A stretch of DNA of 64,000 nt from Candidatus Gastranaerophilales bacterium (GTDB lineage Bacteria; Cyanobacteriota; Vampirovibrionia; Gastranaerophilales; JAILCC01): positions 50,128-114,127 of the forward strand of contig JAZLLQ010000029.1 in the NCBI GenBank assembly GCA_045598245.1, written 5' to 3'. Under the pieces are notes generated by a model, which saw nothing but the letters and a program-made list of their open reading frames with translations, was not told where the DNA came from and did no database searches. Below, piece after piece: positions 1 through 9,725 of this stretch. How positions within the stretch are numbered: position 1 is the stretch's first letter; every line of letters starts with the position of its first letter. The translations under genes and the position numbers were made by a program.

Positions 1-11
1 ATACGGGATAA

Positions 12-40
12 TTGACAAAATGATTTTTTATGTCATAATG
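12..40 (+). promoter_or_regulatory. sigma70-type promoter of the riboswitch-controlled B12 uptake operon
   Basis: TTGACA at 12-17, 16-17 nt spacer, CATAAT/ATAATG at 34-40. The predicted start site falls just before riboswitch stem P1. Confidence 0.5.
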
Positions 41-44
41 AAAA

Positions 45-160
45 CATTGTTAATGGAAAGTAAGGTGTGAATTTAGATTAATTCAATTCCTTCGCTGGGC
101 CGCAGCCGTTATAGCCGGAATGCTTAACATGTATGTATTACCTCGAGCAACAGGTGGAAT
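45..160 (+). promoter_or_regulatory. cobalamin (B12) riboswitch: compact aptamer (45-131) plus RBS-sequestering platform
   Basis: Core motifs GGAAAGTAAGGTGTGAA (55-71), GCTGGGCCGCAGCCGTTATA (94-113) and B12-box-like AGCCGGAATGC (113-123). P1 pairs CATTGTTAA (45-53) with TTAACATG (124-131). A small hairpin ACCT(140-143)/AGGT(152-155) covers the RBS AGGTGG. Downstream genes are a TonB receptor plus FecCD-type importer. Confidence 0.75.
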
Positions 161-164
161 TAAG

Positions 165-2252
165 ATGAAAAAGTATTTTTATTTACCGATTTTTGTACTT
201 TTGCTTGCATCTGCTCAAGCAAAAGCGGTTGATGACGGGAATGATTATCATTATGACCCGAATTCAAACATTATTTTTGGCGGAACATCAAAAAAAGAAA
301 TTTATTCGCTTGATAACTTTGTTGAAAGCGAAAAATCAAGCAGTGCTAACATTGATATTATTCGCAGAGATGATATCAAAAAACAAAACACTCCTTCTCT
401 AACGGATATTTTAAATCAGGTCGGAAGTGTCACTGCTCAGAACGGCAACGGTTCTGACGGGAGTACAAGTTCTATAAGAATAAGAGGAACTGACCGAGTA
501 AGAATGATTATTGACGGTGTTCGTGCGGACAGACCGTCATTAACTTCGGCAAGTGTTGAACCGCAATTTATACTGCTTGACGATATAGAGCTTATAGAAG
601 TTATAAAAGGACCGCAAGGCAATGTTTCAGGGACTAATGCTTCAGGCGGTTTAATTGCAATGCAAACACGACAAGGTCGAGGACCCATGAAAATTGAAAT
701 CGGTTCTGATATGGGTAATTACGGTACTTTCAGAGAAAGATTTGCCATAATGGGCGGTAATGAAAAAGCCGATTATTATTTGTCAACGACATGGTATAAG
801 ACCGATGGCGGAATGAGAACAGATAAGTTAGGCGGAATTGATAATGATGCTTATAATAATTTGAGTGCGGTTTCAAATTTAGGGTTAAGACTTCTTGACG
901 GAAAAGCCGAAATCAGAGATGTTTTCAGATTTTCAAGGGCGAGAAAAAATTTAGGTATCGGTTATAACTCCGTATATCCTTATGATGTCTACCAAGACCC
1001 GAATAATTATTCAAAAAATATTGATATAATGAATTCTTTAATATTTAAGCATGCACCAAATGAAAAATATAATTATGATGTGAAATTCGGGTTATATCAT
1101 AATAAGTATGATTATTACGGCTTAGCTGATGACAAAGACCCGTATTACACTTCTCGTTCGAATTTATCAAGTACGAGATTAAATGCTATGACCCAACATA
1201 ATTTTAAAATAACTTCATGGGATACGTTATCACTCGGATATAACTTTGAAACGGAATTTATGAACGGAAGCGATGAAGGTGCAAGCACATATTATAATCC
1301 TATGTTTTGGGCATATCCGTATAACGACAAATCTGATTATTCGGGTAATACCATCCAAAATGATGTTTATATAAATGATGTTATTAATATTAAAGATAAG
1401 TTGTTTTTAAGGGGTGGAGCAAGGCTTGTTCAAAATTCTCAGTACGGAATGTATATTTCCCCTAATGCTTCTGCTGCCTTGATATTGCCGACTTTCAAAA
1501 TAAAAGATGCAACAACAAAATTCAGAGGTTCTTGGGGGCAAAGCGTTAATACACCAACTCTTTATCAAAGATACGGAACGCTTTATTATATGGGCGGATT
1601 ATCTATGACGGGAAACCCTGACTTAGAGGCGGAAAAATATCAAAGTTGGGATGTCGGTATTGAACAGAGATTTTTCAATGATAAATTAAAATTTGAATTC
1701 GGTTATTTTAACAGTAATTATCGTGATTATATTGCTTACATGTCTGACCCTTATACTTGGATAGGAAAGTATAAAAATATTGACAGTGCAAAGATATTTG
1801 GTTATGAAGGTAAAGCTGTATGGGAGCCGAATGATAAGTTTAAATTAGTTTTAAATTATACATATACCGATTCAAAAGACGAAGCAACAGGTTATGATTT
1901 GCCTGCAACACCCAGAAACAGATTTAACGGAACGGTGTTTTTAACGCCGTTTGAAAGATGGAATTTGTATTTTGGAGTAGAAGCAGCATCACGCAGAAAT
2001 GTTAATCCTGCAACCGATGAAAGTGTCCCCGGATATCTTGATGCAAAAATAGGAACATCCGTCAGATTATTTTCTTATAAAGGTGCAAATGTTTTCTTGA
2101 AAGCAGATATATTTAATCTCTTTAATCAAAATATTTGCATGTATAAAGATGCTTCTCTCGGCAGATATTCAGGACCAAAAATAAGATTTAGAACCGGTTT
2201 ATTTCTGGAGTATAATTTAGAGAAAAAGGATAATCATAAAGAGAAGGTGTAG
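165..2252 (+). CDS. btuB: TonB-dependent outer-membrane receptor, BtuB-like (cobalamin/corrinoid uptake inferred from the riboswitch)
   Basis: Signal peptide MKKYFYLPIFVLLLASAQA, plug-domain motifs (IRIRG, IDGVR) and a long beta-barrel region. RBS AGGTGG lies 7 nt before the ATG at 165. The ORF-track start at 120 lies inside the riboswitch. Confidence 0.85.
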   Translation: MKKYFYLPIFVLLLASAQAKAVDDGNDYHYDPNSNIIFGGTSKKEIYSLDNFVESEKSSSANIDIIRRDDIKKQNTPSLTDILNQVGSVTAQNGNGSDGSTSSIRIRGTDRVRMIIDGVRADRPSLTSASVEPQFILLDDIELIEVIKGPQGNVSGTNASGGLIAMQTRQGRGPMKIEIGSDMGNYGTFRERFAIMGGNEKADYYLSTTWYKTDGGMRTDKLGGIDNDAYNNLSAVSNLGLRLLDGKAEIRDVFRFSRARKNLGIGYNSVYPYDVYQDPNNYSKNIDIMNSLIFKHAPNEKYNYDVKFGLYHNKYDYYGLADDKDPYYTSRSNLSSTRLNAMTQHNFKITSWDTLSLGYNFETEFMNGSDEGASTYYNPMFWAYPYNDKSDYSGNTIQNDVYINDVINIKDKLFLRGGARLVQNSQYGMYISPNASAALILPTFKIKDATTKFRGSWGQSVNTPTLYQRYGTLYYMGGLSMTGNPDLEAEKYQSWDVGIEQRFFNDKLKFEFGYFNSNYRDYIAYMSDPYTWIGKYKNIDSAKIFGYEGKAVWEPNDKFKLVLNYTYTDSKDEATGYDLPATPRNRFNGTVFLTPFERWNLYFGVEAASRRNVNPATDESVPGYLDAKIGTSVRLFSYKGANVFLKADIFNLFNQNICMYKDASLGRYSGPKIRFRTGLFLEYNLEKKDNHKEKV

Positions 2253-2265
2253 TATTATTTTTGAT

Positions 2266-3207
2266 ATGAAAGAGAATTATAAGAAAATAATTGTTTTTGT
2301 ATTATTAATTACAGCTTTTTTAATAAGCCTTTATTTCTCTTTGTTTTATGGAATGGATGCCGATAACAAGAGTTTAATTTTAAGTTATATAAGAATTCCC
2401 GCAATAATAAAAGCTATTGTTGCGGGGAGTTCTTTGGCACTTGCGGGCATGTTTTTGCAGGCTGTTTCGAAAAACCCTCTTGCTGACCCTTATTTAACCG
2501 GTTTGTCATCAGGAGCAGGCTTGGGAATAGTTATATCAATACTTTGTTTTAACAGTATCAATTATTCACTCTTTGGTTTTGTCGGTGCAATTATTTCTGC
2601 TTTTCTCGTTATTTTGCTCAGCGGATTTTCAAAATTTTCGATAACAAAACTTGTATTGATAGGGCTTTCAATTAATATTTTTGCAAGTTCAATTATCTCA
2701 TTTTTAATACTATCTAACCCTGAAAAGGCTTATGCTATGACGCTCATACTGTCAGGAGGTTTTAGCAGTGCTGAAATTTCAAATAAAATTTTGGTCGGGT
2801 TATTTGGGTTAGGGCTTTTAATAAGCGGTATTTTTATTCCAAAATTAAACCTTATGCGCTTGGATGAAAAGCTCATTTTCTCTTCTCAAAAACAAATATA
2901 TAAGTATAATATTATTTTTGTAATATTATCGGCATTTTTAACTTCAATAAGTGTTTTTACGGCAGGAATACTGGGTTTTATCGGAATTATTGCACCGCTG
3001 TTATCATTGATGTTATTTGGCAGAGATTACAGATTGTTGTTTTTCTCAAATGTGTTTATCGGAGCGATTTTGATTTTGATTTCGCATATTATGTCGCATT
3101 ATCTTTTATATCCGATACAAATACCTTTGGGAATAGTCGTTGCCTTTATCGGGGCTCCGATATTCATATTTTTCCTTCTGAAAAAAGGAGGAATTTTCAA
3201 TGATTAG
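2266..3207 (+). CDS. FecCD-family ABC permease (BtuC-like)
   Basis: 313-aa polytopic membrane protein with typical FecCD/BtuC sequence (DPYLTGLSSGAGLG). Operon context. Confidence 0.85.
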   Translation: MKENYKKIIVFVLLITAFLISLYFSLFYGMDADNKSLILSYIRIPAIIKAIVAGSSLALAGMFLQAVSKNPLADPYLTGLSSGAGLGIVISILCFNSINYSLFGFVGAIISAFLVILLSGFSKFSITKLVLIGLSINIFASSIISFLILSNPEKAYAMTLILSGGFSSAEISNKILVGLFGLGLLISGIFIPKLNLMRLDEKLIFSSQKQIYKYNIIFVILSAFLTSISVFTAGILGFIGIIAPLLSLMLFGRDYRLLFFSNVFIGAILILISHIMSHYLLYPIQIPLGIVVAFIGAPIFIFFLLKKGGIFND

Positions 3208-3919
3208 TATAGAAAATCTTAATTTAAAATTTGAAGAAAATATTATTTTTAATAACGTAAATCTTGAAATTCCGGATAATCAAATAACAATGATAGTTGG
3301 TGCAAACGGTACAGGCAAAACGACTTTACTTAAAGTCATTACGGGTGAAATTAAAGCAAGTTGTAAAATAAAAAATACATTTAAAAAAGTTTTTTACCTT
3401 CCGCAAAAGTTGTCTTATCCTAAGGGAATAACTACTTTTGATTATATTTCATCTGTATTTTACAAGAATAAATGGACTTGGTTTCTTGACAAAGAAAGTC
3501 AAAATAAAGTTAACGAGGTTTTAGAGAAAATAGAACTTTCAAACAGAAAAAATGTTCTTATTGAAAATCTCAGCGCAGGTGAAATACAAAAAGCCAACAT
3601 CGGTTTGGGGTTGCTTTCTGACGCTGATATTTTTCTCCTTGATGAACCTACTTCTAATATGGATTTAGTTAATCAGATTAAAATACTTGATATGATTAAA
3701 ACTCTTACAAAATCAAAAATTACGAGCGTAATTATTATGCACGATTTGAATTTATCCTCAAGTTACGGTGATTATTTTATCGGCATAAGTCAGGAGCATA
3801 AAGTGATAAAAGCTAATCGTAACGACTTTTTTAATTCTGAAATTTTGAAGGAAATTTATAATATTAATTTTAAAGTGGTAAATAATGAAGAAAAGTTTTA
3901 TATTCAAATTTTTAATTAG
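3200..3919 (+). CDS. ABC transporter ATP-binding protein (BtuD/FepC-like)
   Basis: Walker A GANGTGKTT, signature LSAGE, Walker B FLLDEPTSNMD. Overlaps the permease stop by 8 nt. Confidence 0.85.
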   Translation: MISIENLNLKFEENIIFNNVNLEIPDNQITMIVGANGTGKTTLLKVITGEIKASCKIKNTFKKVFYLPQKLSYPKGITTFDYISSVFYKNKWTWFLDKESQNKVNEVLEKIELSNRKNVLIENLSAGEIQKANIGLGLLSDADIFLLDEPTSNMDLVNQIKILDMIKTLTKSKITSVIIMHDLNLSSSYGDYFIGISQEHKVIKANRNDFFNSEILKEIYNINFKVVNNEEKFYIQIFN

Positions 3920-4667
3920 TTTTTTTATTTTGTTTTGTATGATAAATGTAGTTTCCGCAAAAGAGAATGTATTTGTGAGTCTTTCACCTGCGTTAACCGA
4001 AATAATGTTTGAAATAGGTGCGCAAGATGGTTTGAAAGGTGTTTCTACCGCTTGCACATACCCGAAAGAAGCCATGTTAAAAGAAAAAGTCGGTGATAAT
4101 TTTTTTATAAATTCTGAAAAAATTATAAAGATTAAACCTGATTATATTTTGGCGATGGATACGTCAACATTTATGCTGAATAAATTTAAAAAGTTTGGTA
4201 TAAAACCTTTATGTTTTAAAAATCCTGATATAAAAAGTGTTTTGGATAATATTGTTGAACTCGGAAAACTGACAGGCAGAAACGAAAATGCCCAAACCCT
4301 CGTAAATAAAATAACTCAAAAAATAAATTCTTCTAATCTTAATCATAATCATAAAATTTTATATCTTATTCAGGTAACTCCTATGATTTCAATAGGTAAA
4401 AAGAGTTTTATAACGGATGTTATTCAAAAGTCGGGTAATATTTCCGTGACTTCAGGTATTAATTCTTTTTATCCGACAATTTCTGAAGAATTTGCAATTT
4501 CCGTACAACCTGATGTGGTTGTGTTGACTTCACATGCTGACATAAAAAAAATTAAAAAGTTTTTCCCTAAAGCTGAAATAGTTGTGATGTCCAAAGAAGA
4601 AAATGACATAATTAACCGCCCCGGAGCAAGAATTTATAAAAGTGTGGAATTTTTCGCAAAGTTATAA
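3885..4667 (+). CDS. periplasmic substrate-binding protein, BtuF/class-8 family
   Basis: Signal peptide followed by the SLSPALTEIMFEIGA motif typical of cobalamin/siderophore binding proteins. Overlaps the ATPase gene. Confidence 0.75.
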   Translation: MKKSFIFKFLISFFILFCMINVVSAKENVFVSLSPALTEIMFEIGAQDGLKGVSTACTYPKEAMLKEKVGDNFFINSEKIIKIKPDYILAMDTSTFMLNKFKKFGIKPLCFKNPDIKSVLDNIVELGKLTGRNENAQTLVNKITQKINSSNLNHNHKILYLIQVTPMISIGKKSFITDVIQKSGNISVTSGINSFYPTISEEFAISVQPDVVVLTSHADIKKIKKFFPKAEIVVMSKEENDIINRPGARIYKSVEFFAKL

Positions 4668-4785
4668 TACAGGTAATTTTAAGATATTGTGATTTTGTCA
4701 TTATTTAATTTGTTGTTAAAGAAAATGGTGTGCAAGAGAAATTGCTCGCCAAAATAATTTTCAATTTCAGTGGAAATAACTTGTT

Positions 4786-4814
4786 TTGAATATATGTTTT
4801 TAATAGAATATAAT
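4786..4814 (+). promoter_or_regulatory. near-consensus sigma70 promoter for murF-mraY-murD-ftsW-murG
   Basis: TTGAAT (4786-4791), 17-nt spacer, TATAAT (4809-4814). It lies inside the ORF-track N-terminal extension of murF, which argues for the ATG at 4842. Confidence 0.55.
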
Positions 4815-4841
4815 CGAAATTATCGGGATGAAGATAGAGCA

Positions 4842-6185
4842 ATGTATAAACCAAAATTCAGTATAAATGATGTTATTAAGGTTACAGGCGGAGATTTTAT
4901 CGGCAACATCGATAAAAATACCGAGTTTTCAATTTCAACCGATACAAGAACGATAACAAAAGATGATGCTTATTTGGCACTTTGCGGGCAGGTTTTTGAC
5001 GGTCATAATTTTGTTCAAAATGCGTTTTCTCGTGATGCCAAAATTGCCGTTATTGACGAAAAACACGTAGGTTTAACAAAGGAAATTAAAGGGAATTTTG
5101 TTGTTGTAAAAAATACTTTGACTGCTTATTTAGAGCTTGCAAGTTTTCATAAAGACAGAATGGGTGTTAAAGTCATTGCTGTTACCGGTTCTTCGGGAAA
5201 AACCACTACAAAAGAGTATTTGTACAGCGTTTTTAATTCAAAATTTAAAACTCAAAAATCAATAAAAAATCATAATAACGAAATCGGTTTGTGCCAAACG
5301 CTTTTGTCTGTTGAAGAAGGAACGAAATATTGCATTGTAGAAATGGGTATGAGAGGTTTGGGTGAAATTGATTTACTTGCAAAATATGCTCGACCTGATA
5401 TTGCTTTGATTACTAATGCCGGTACGGCTCATATTGGCATATTAGGTTCAAGAGAAAATATTGCTAAAGCAAAATGCGAAATTACAAATTATTTAAAACC
5501 GGAAAATTACTTGATTTTTCATAATGAAATGTTAATTAAAGAATTTGCAACCGGTAATTTCAATAAAATATCTTACGGTATAGATGAAGTTAAGGTTATT
5601 GAAAAATCAAAAAATATTTGTGCATTTGAGTATGATAATTTTGTTTTTACAATTACTGATAGTGCAGAATTTAATATTTTAAATGCTCTTGCTGCTATCA
5701 AAGCTGCAAAACTTGAAAATTACACCTATGATGAAATTCAAAAAGGTTTGTTAGTATTTCAAAATGTGGAATACAGAAATGAAATTACAGTTTTAAAAAA
5801 CGGTACAACTGTTATCAGTGATTGTTACAATGCAAATCCTGATTCTGCAAGTGCATCATTAAAACATATTTGTGAAATTTATAAATACAAAAAGATAGTT
5901 GTGGTTTTTGGTGATATGTTTGAACTTGGTGAATATGAGGAACAATACCACAGAGATGTGGGGAAATTAATTAATGAACTAAATGTAAACTATTTTGTAT
6001 CAGTTGGAAAACTTGCTAAAATAATGAGTGAGGAAGTCAACAAATTACCAAAAAAAGTTTGTGAAAATGTTGAAGAGGCAGCAGAATTTCTGCTAAAAAT
6101 CACGGATGAAGATACTATAATATTCCTCAAAGCCTCAAGAGGAATGTATTTTGAGAAAATATTGGAGATAATTAAGGGAAAATGA
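4842..6185 (+). CDS. murF: UDP-N-acetylmuramoyl-tripeptide--D-alanyl-D-alanine ligase
   Basis: Mur ligase motifs (VTGSSGKTTTKE, NAGTAHIG) and MurF-type N-terminus starting MYKPKFSINDV. dcw context. The track start at 4770 (GTG) is probably too far upstream. Confidence 0.9.
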   Translation: MYKPKFSINDVIKVTGGDFIGNIDKNTEFSISTDTRTITKDDAYLALCGQVFDGHNFVQNAFSRDAKIAVIDEKHVGLTKEIKGNFVVVKNTLTAYLELASFHKDRMGVKVIAVTGSSGKTTTKEYLYSVFNSKFKTQKSIKNHNNEIGLCQTLLSVEEGTKYCIVEMGMRGLGEIDLLAKYARPDIALITNAGTAHIGILGSRENIAKAKCEITNYLKPENYLIFHNEMLIKEFATGNFNKISYGIDEVKVIEKSKNICAFEYDNFVFTITDSAEFNILNALAAIKAAKLENYTYDEIQKGLLVFQNVEYRNEITVLKNGTTVISDCYNANPDSASASLKHICEIYKYKKIVVVFGDMFELGEYEEQYHRDVGKLINELNVNYFVSVGKLAKIMSEEVNKLPKKVCENVEEAAEFLLKITDEDTIIFLKASRGMYFEKILEIIKGK

Positions 6186-7156
6186 TACTTATATTTGTCG
6201 CAGGCTTGATAGCAATGCTCTTAACACTTATTTTAGGTGTTCCTTATTTGGATTTTTTGAAGAAAAGAATGTTACAACAATATATCAGGGAAGATGTTTC
6301 CGCTATGCACGCACAAAAAGCAGGTACTCCTACCATGGGTGGTTTGCTTATTGTAGGTACGGCAGTTGTTTCTTCAATTTTGTCATTGTTTATGGAGTCA
6401 GCATTTTCAACAATTTTGCTTATATCTTTGATAACGATAATTTTATATTGTTACACCGGATATCAGGATGATATTAAAAAAATACATAAAAAACAAAATA
6501 AAGGTCTTAGTGCAAGAGGAAAGTTAATATTACAGATTATAGTCGCACTTTTGCCCGCTTTGTATATGGTTTATGTTGATAAAACAGCAATAAACTTTTT
6601 TAATGTCCAAGGATGGGATATTGATTTAGGTGCTTGGCTATATCCGATATTTGCCGTTTTCGTAGTTATAGGTTCATCAAATGCGATTAATTTGACTGAC
6701 GGGCTTGATGGTTTAGCCGGCGGATGTTCATTCTTGGCATTTTCAACTTTATCGGCTCTTTGCTTTATTAATGATTATATCGGGTTAGCAATTGTAGCAG
6801 CTGCAATTGCAGGAAGTTGTCTTGGCTTTTTATATTTCAACAAATTTCCCGCCAAAATATTTATGGGTGATACGGGAAGTCTTGCTCTCGGCGGTGCATT
6901 AGGTACATTAGCAATTTTAAGTAAAAATGAATTTTGGTTGTTATTCATAGGAATTATATTTATAATTGAAACTCTTTCCGTAATTATTCAGGTAACAAGT
7001 TTTAAAACAACGGGTAAAAGAGTTTTTAAAATGTCACCTATTCATCATCATTTTGAACTTTGCGGATGGAAAGAAACCAAGATAGTTTATACTTTTTGGG
7101 GCGTGACTTTTGTATTTTGTTTAGCAGCTTTGGCTATAAGATTATTTGTGGTGTAG
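6182..7156 (+). CDS. mraY: phospho-N-acetylmuramoyl-pentapeptide transferase
   Basis: Polytopic membrane protein with NAINLTDGLDGLA and MGDTGSLALGG motifs. ATGA overlap with murF. Confidence 0.93.
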   Translation: MILIFVAGLIAMLLTLILGVPYLDFLKKRMLQQYIREDVSAMHAQKAGTPTMGGLLIVGTAVVSSILSLFMESAFSTILLISLITIILYCYTGYQDDIKKIHKKQNKGLSARGKLILQIIVALLPALYMVYVDKTAINFFNVQGWDIDLGAWLYPIFAVFVVIGSSNAINLTDGLDGLAGGCSFLAFSTLSALCFINDYIGLAIVAAAIAGSCLGFLYFNKFPAKIFMGDTGSLALGGALGTLAILSKNEFWLLFIGIIFIIETLSVIIQVTSFKTTGKRVFKMSPIHHHFELCGWKETKIVYTFWGVTFVFCLAALAIRLFVV

Positions 7157-7159
7157 ATT

Positions 7160-8509
7160 ATGGATTTAAAAGATAAAAATGTATTGGTTTTAGGTTTGTC
7201 GATTAGCGGACTTTCGGTTGCAAAATATGCAAAAAAGAAAGGTGCATCTGTTTTTATTACCGAAAAACGTGTTCAAAAGCCTGATGATATTGATACTTTA
7301 AAAGAGCTGGATGCTCTTGGTATAAAAGTAGAAATGGGAATGCATAGTGATAACGCAATTAAAAATGCTGATATCGTTGTAACAAGTCCGAGTATTCCTC
7401 CTGATGCAGAAATTTTTCAAAGATTAAAATGTTACGGAAAAGATGTTATCAGTGAACCTGATTTTGCATTTTTAAATAAACCTGAAAAATCAAAATTTAT
7501 TACTATAACCGGTACAAACGGAAAAACCACAACAACAAAACTTGTCAGTGAAATATTATGTAATGCAGGGTTTAAAGCTCCTTTTTGCGGTAACATAGGT
7601 GTTCCTCCTACTGATTTGCTTGATGATGATGTTGATTATTTTGTTATGGAAATCAGTTCATATCAGATTTATCACAGCAAATATTTAAAACCATATATAG
7701 GGGCGTTGATTAACTACACTCCCGATCATGTTACTTGGCATGGCAGTGCTGAAGAATATTTGCGTGTAAAACAATCTCATTTTATAGGTGAAAATGCTCC
7801 TGAATTTGCAGTTTTAAATTTTAAAGATGTTCATGTAAGAGAACTTGAAAGCAAAACACCATCTAAAATTGTTGCATTTGATGATGAGTTTTGTGATTTT
7901 TGTATTTTTGAAAAAGCAGATAAATTATTTGAAAATAAAAATAATAATGTTGAAAAAATTTGCGACCTTTCTTCCGCTAAAATCTTTGGTAAACATAATC
8001 ATCAAAATATGATGTGTGCTGTTGCTATTGCAAGAATTTTAGATGTTGAGCCTTCAATTATTCAAAAGACAATTGATGAATTTAAGGCTCCTGCTCACAG
8101 AATTGAATTTATTGCCGAAATTGACGGAATAAAATATTATAATGATTCTAAAGGAACAAATTGTGATTCTTCAATTTGTGCTTTAAAGGCATTTAAAGAT
8201 AAAGTAGTTTTAATTGCAGGCGGCAGAGATAAAATGACTGATTTGACCGAATTTGTTGAAACCATTGAACAAAAAGCAACAAATGTTGTTTTGATAGGTG
8301 AAGCAACCGAGCGTTTTGCACAAGCTATGGAAGAAATCGGTTATAATAAAATTATTAAAACCACCACATTAGAAAGTGCAATTGATATAGCAGGGAATTT
8401 AAAGCAAGGTGATGTATTGTTCTCACCTGCTTGTGCTAGTTTTGATATGTTCAAAAATTTTGAAGAAAGAGGAGACGCTTTTAGAAATCATGTCTTATCA
8501 AAATTATAG
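7160..8509 (+). CDS. murD: UDP-N-acetylmuramoylalanine--D-glutamate ligase
   Basis: N-terminal Rossmann motif GLSISGLS, ITGTNGKTTTT, and C-terminal Mur ligase domain. Confidence 0.9.
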   Translation: MDLKDKNVLVLGLSISGLSVAKYAKKKGASVFITEKRVQKPDDIDTLKELDALGIKVEMGMHSDNAIKNADIVVTSPSIPPDAEIFQRLKCYGKDVISEPDFAFLNKPEKSKFITITGTNGKTTTTKLVSEILCNAGFKAPFCGNIGVPPTDLLDDDVDYFVMEISSYQIYHSKYLKPYIGALINYTPDHVTWHGSAEEYLRVKQSHFIGENAPEFAVLNFKDVHVRELESKTPSKIVAFDDEFCDFCIFEKADKLFENKNNNVEKICDLSSAKIFGKHNHQNMMCAVAIARILDVEPSIIQKTIDEFKAPAHRIEFIAEIDGIKYYNDSKGTNCDSSICALKAFKDKVVLIAGGRDKMTDLTEFVETIEQKATNVVLIGEATERFAQAMEEIGYNKIIKTTTLESAIDIAGNLKQGDVLFSPACASFDMFKNFEERGDAFRNHVLSKL

Positions 8510-9725
8510 TAGTAATAGAGAATATAAACACAGAAAAAAGAAAAAAGAAAAACATGGGTTTTTTCAATTTTTAAAACAGCTTATCTTAAAAAAGCTGCCA
8601 CCGATTAATAAAAACCTTTTGGTTATAGTTTTTATTTTAATCGTTTTTGGTACTGTTGCGATATTTTCGGCAACTGCACCTGATGGTATTTCAAGATATG
8701 ATAATCCTCTTCATTATCCGGCAAGGCATATTGGTTTTGCGATTATTGCTTTTATCGGTATGTTTATAACATCAAGAATACACTACAAGAATTGGGAAAA
8801 TTGGGTGAAACCTATTACTTATATCGTTATTGCTCTGATTTTCTTAACTTTGGTTCCGGGGATAGGTAAAGTGGATTACGGTTCTGCAAGATGGATAGGC
8901 ATAGGACCATTGCAAATTCAACCATCCGAGTTTTGTAAGTTTACGTGTATATTGTTGATGGCATCAACTTTGGATAAAATTAAAAGTATATCAAATTGGG
9001 CTGTTACCAAAACTCCTATAATTCTTATTTTAATTATGTTTTTTATAATTTTTAAACAACCTAATATGAGTATGCTTATAATATTAACTTCAACGATTTT
9101 TGCAATGTTATTTGTTGCCGGTTTGAACAAAATGATTTTTGTCAGCGGAGCAGGACTTGCAGCGATGGGAGCTTTTTATTTTATTTCAAATACTGCGTAT
9201 CAAAGTACAAGAATTACGGGATGGCTTCATCCTTGGGATGATCCTCAGGGTGCGGGATATAATATTATTCAAAGTTGGTATGCAATATCTTCAGGCGGTT
9301 TATTGGGAGTGGGACTAGGTGCTTCAAAACAAAAATTATACTATTTGCCTGTCGGTTATACCGATTTTATATTTTCGGTAATAGCGGAAGAAATGGGCTT
9401 TGTCGGTGTGATAATGTTAATCGCATTGTTTTTATTATTTATAGCGGTAGGTTTTAAAATTGCCGCAAGATGTGATAATTATTTCGGAAAATTATTGGCT
9501 TTTGGTATTGTGTTTAACATTGGATTTCAGGCAATTACAAATATGTGTGTTGCATCAGGGGTATTCCCCGTAACAGGTGTAACATTACCGTTAATCAGTT
9601 ATGGCGGTTCATCTTTTATTGCTACTTGCGGAATGCTCGGAGTATTGTTTAACATTTCAAGATATGCCGTAAAAAAAGAAAGGAAATCAGATAATGAGCA
9701 AATCAAACAACAACCGCAAACTTAA
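8490..9725 (+). CDS. ftsW: SEDS-family peptidoglycan glycosyltransferase FtsW
   Basis: Ten-TM SEDS sequence (QPSEFCKF, TDFIFSVIAEEMG, LPLISYGGSS). Likely ATG at 8490; the track start at 8409 lies inside murD. Confidence 0.88.
   Translation: MSYQNYSSNREYKHRKKKKEKHGFFQFLKQLILKKLPPINKNLLVIVFILIVFGTVAIFSATAPDGISRYDNPLHYPARHIGFAIIAFIGMFITSRIHYKNWENWVKPITYIVIALIFLTLVPGIGKVDYGSARWIGIGPLQIQPSEFCKFTCILLMASTLDKIKSISNWAVTKTPIILILIMFFIIFKQPNMSMLIILTSTIFAMLFVAGLNKMIFVSGAGLAAMGAFYFISNTAYQSTRITGWLHPWDDPQGAGYNIIQSWYAISSGGLLGVGLGASKQKLYYLPVGYTDFIFSVIAEEMGFVGVIMLIALFLLFIAVGFKIAARCDNYFGKLLAFGIVFNIGFQAITNMCVASGVFPVTGVTLPLISYGGSSFIATCGMLGVLFNISRYAVKKERKSDNEQIKQQPQT

Noticed and set aside
120-164. N-terminal extensions offered by the ORF track (120 for btuB; also 4770 murF, 8409 ftsW, 23945 queE, 26139 XRE, 36377 hisA-IE, 50630 rpoB, 11401 adaptor)
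   Set aside because: The extensions overlap a riboswitch, a promoter or the preceding gene. Downstream ATGs have better RBS spacing and give canonical N-termini (signal peptide, conserved first motif).
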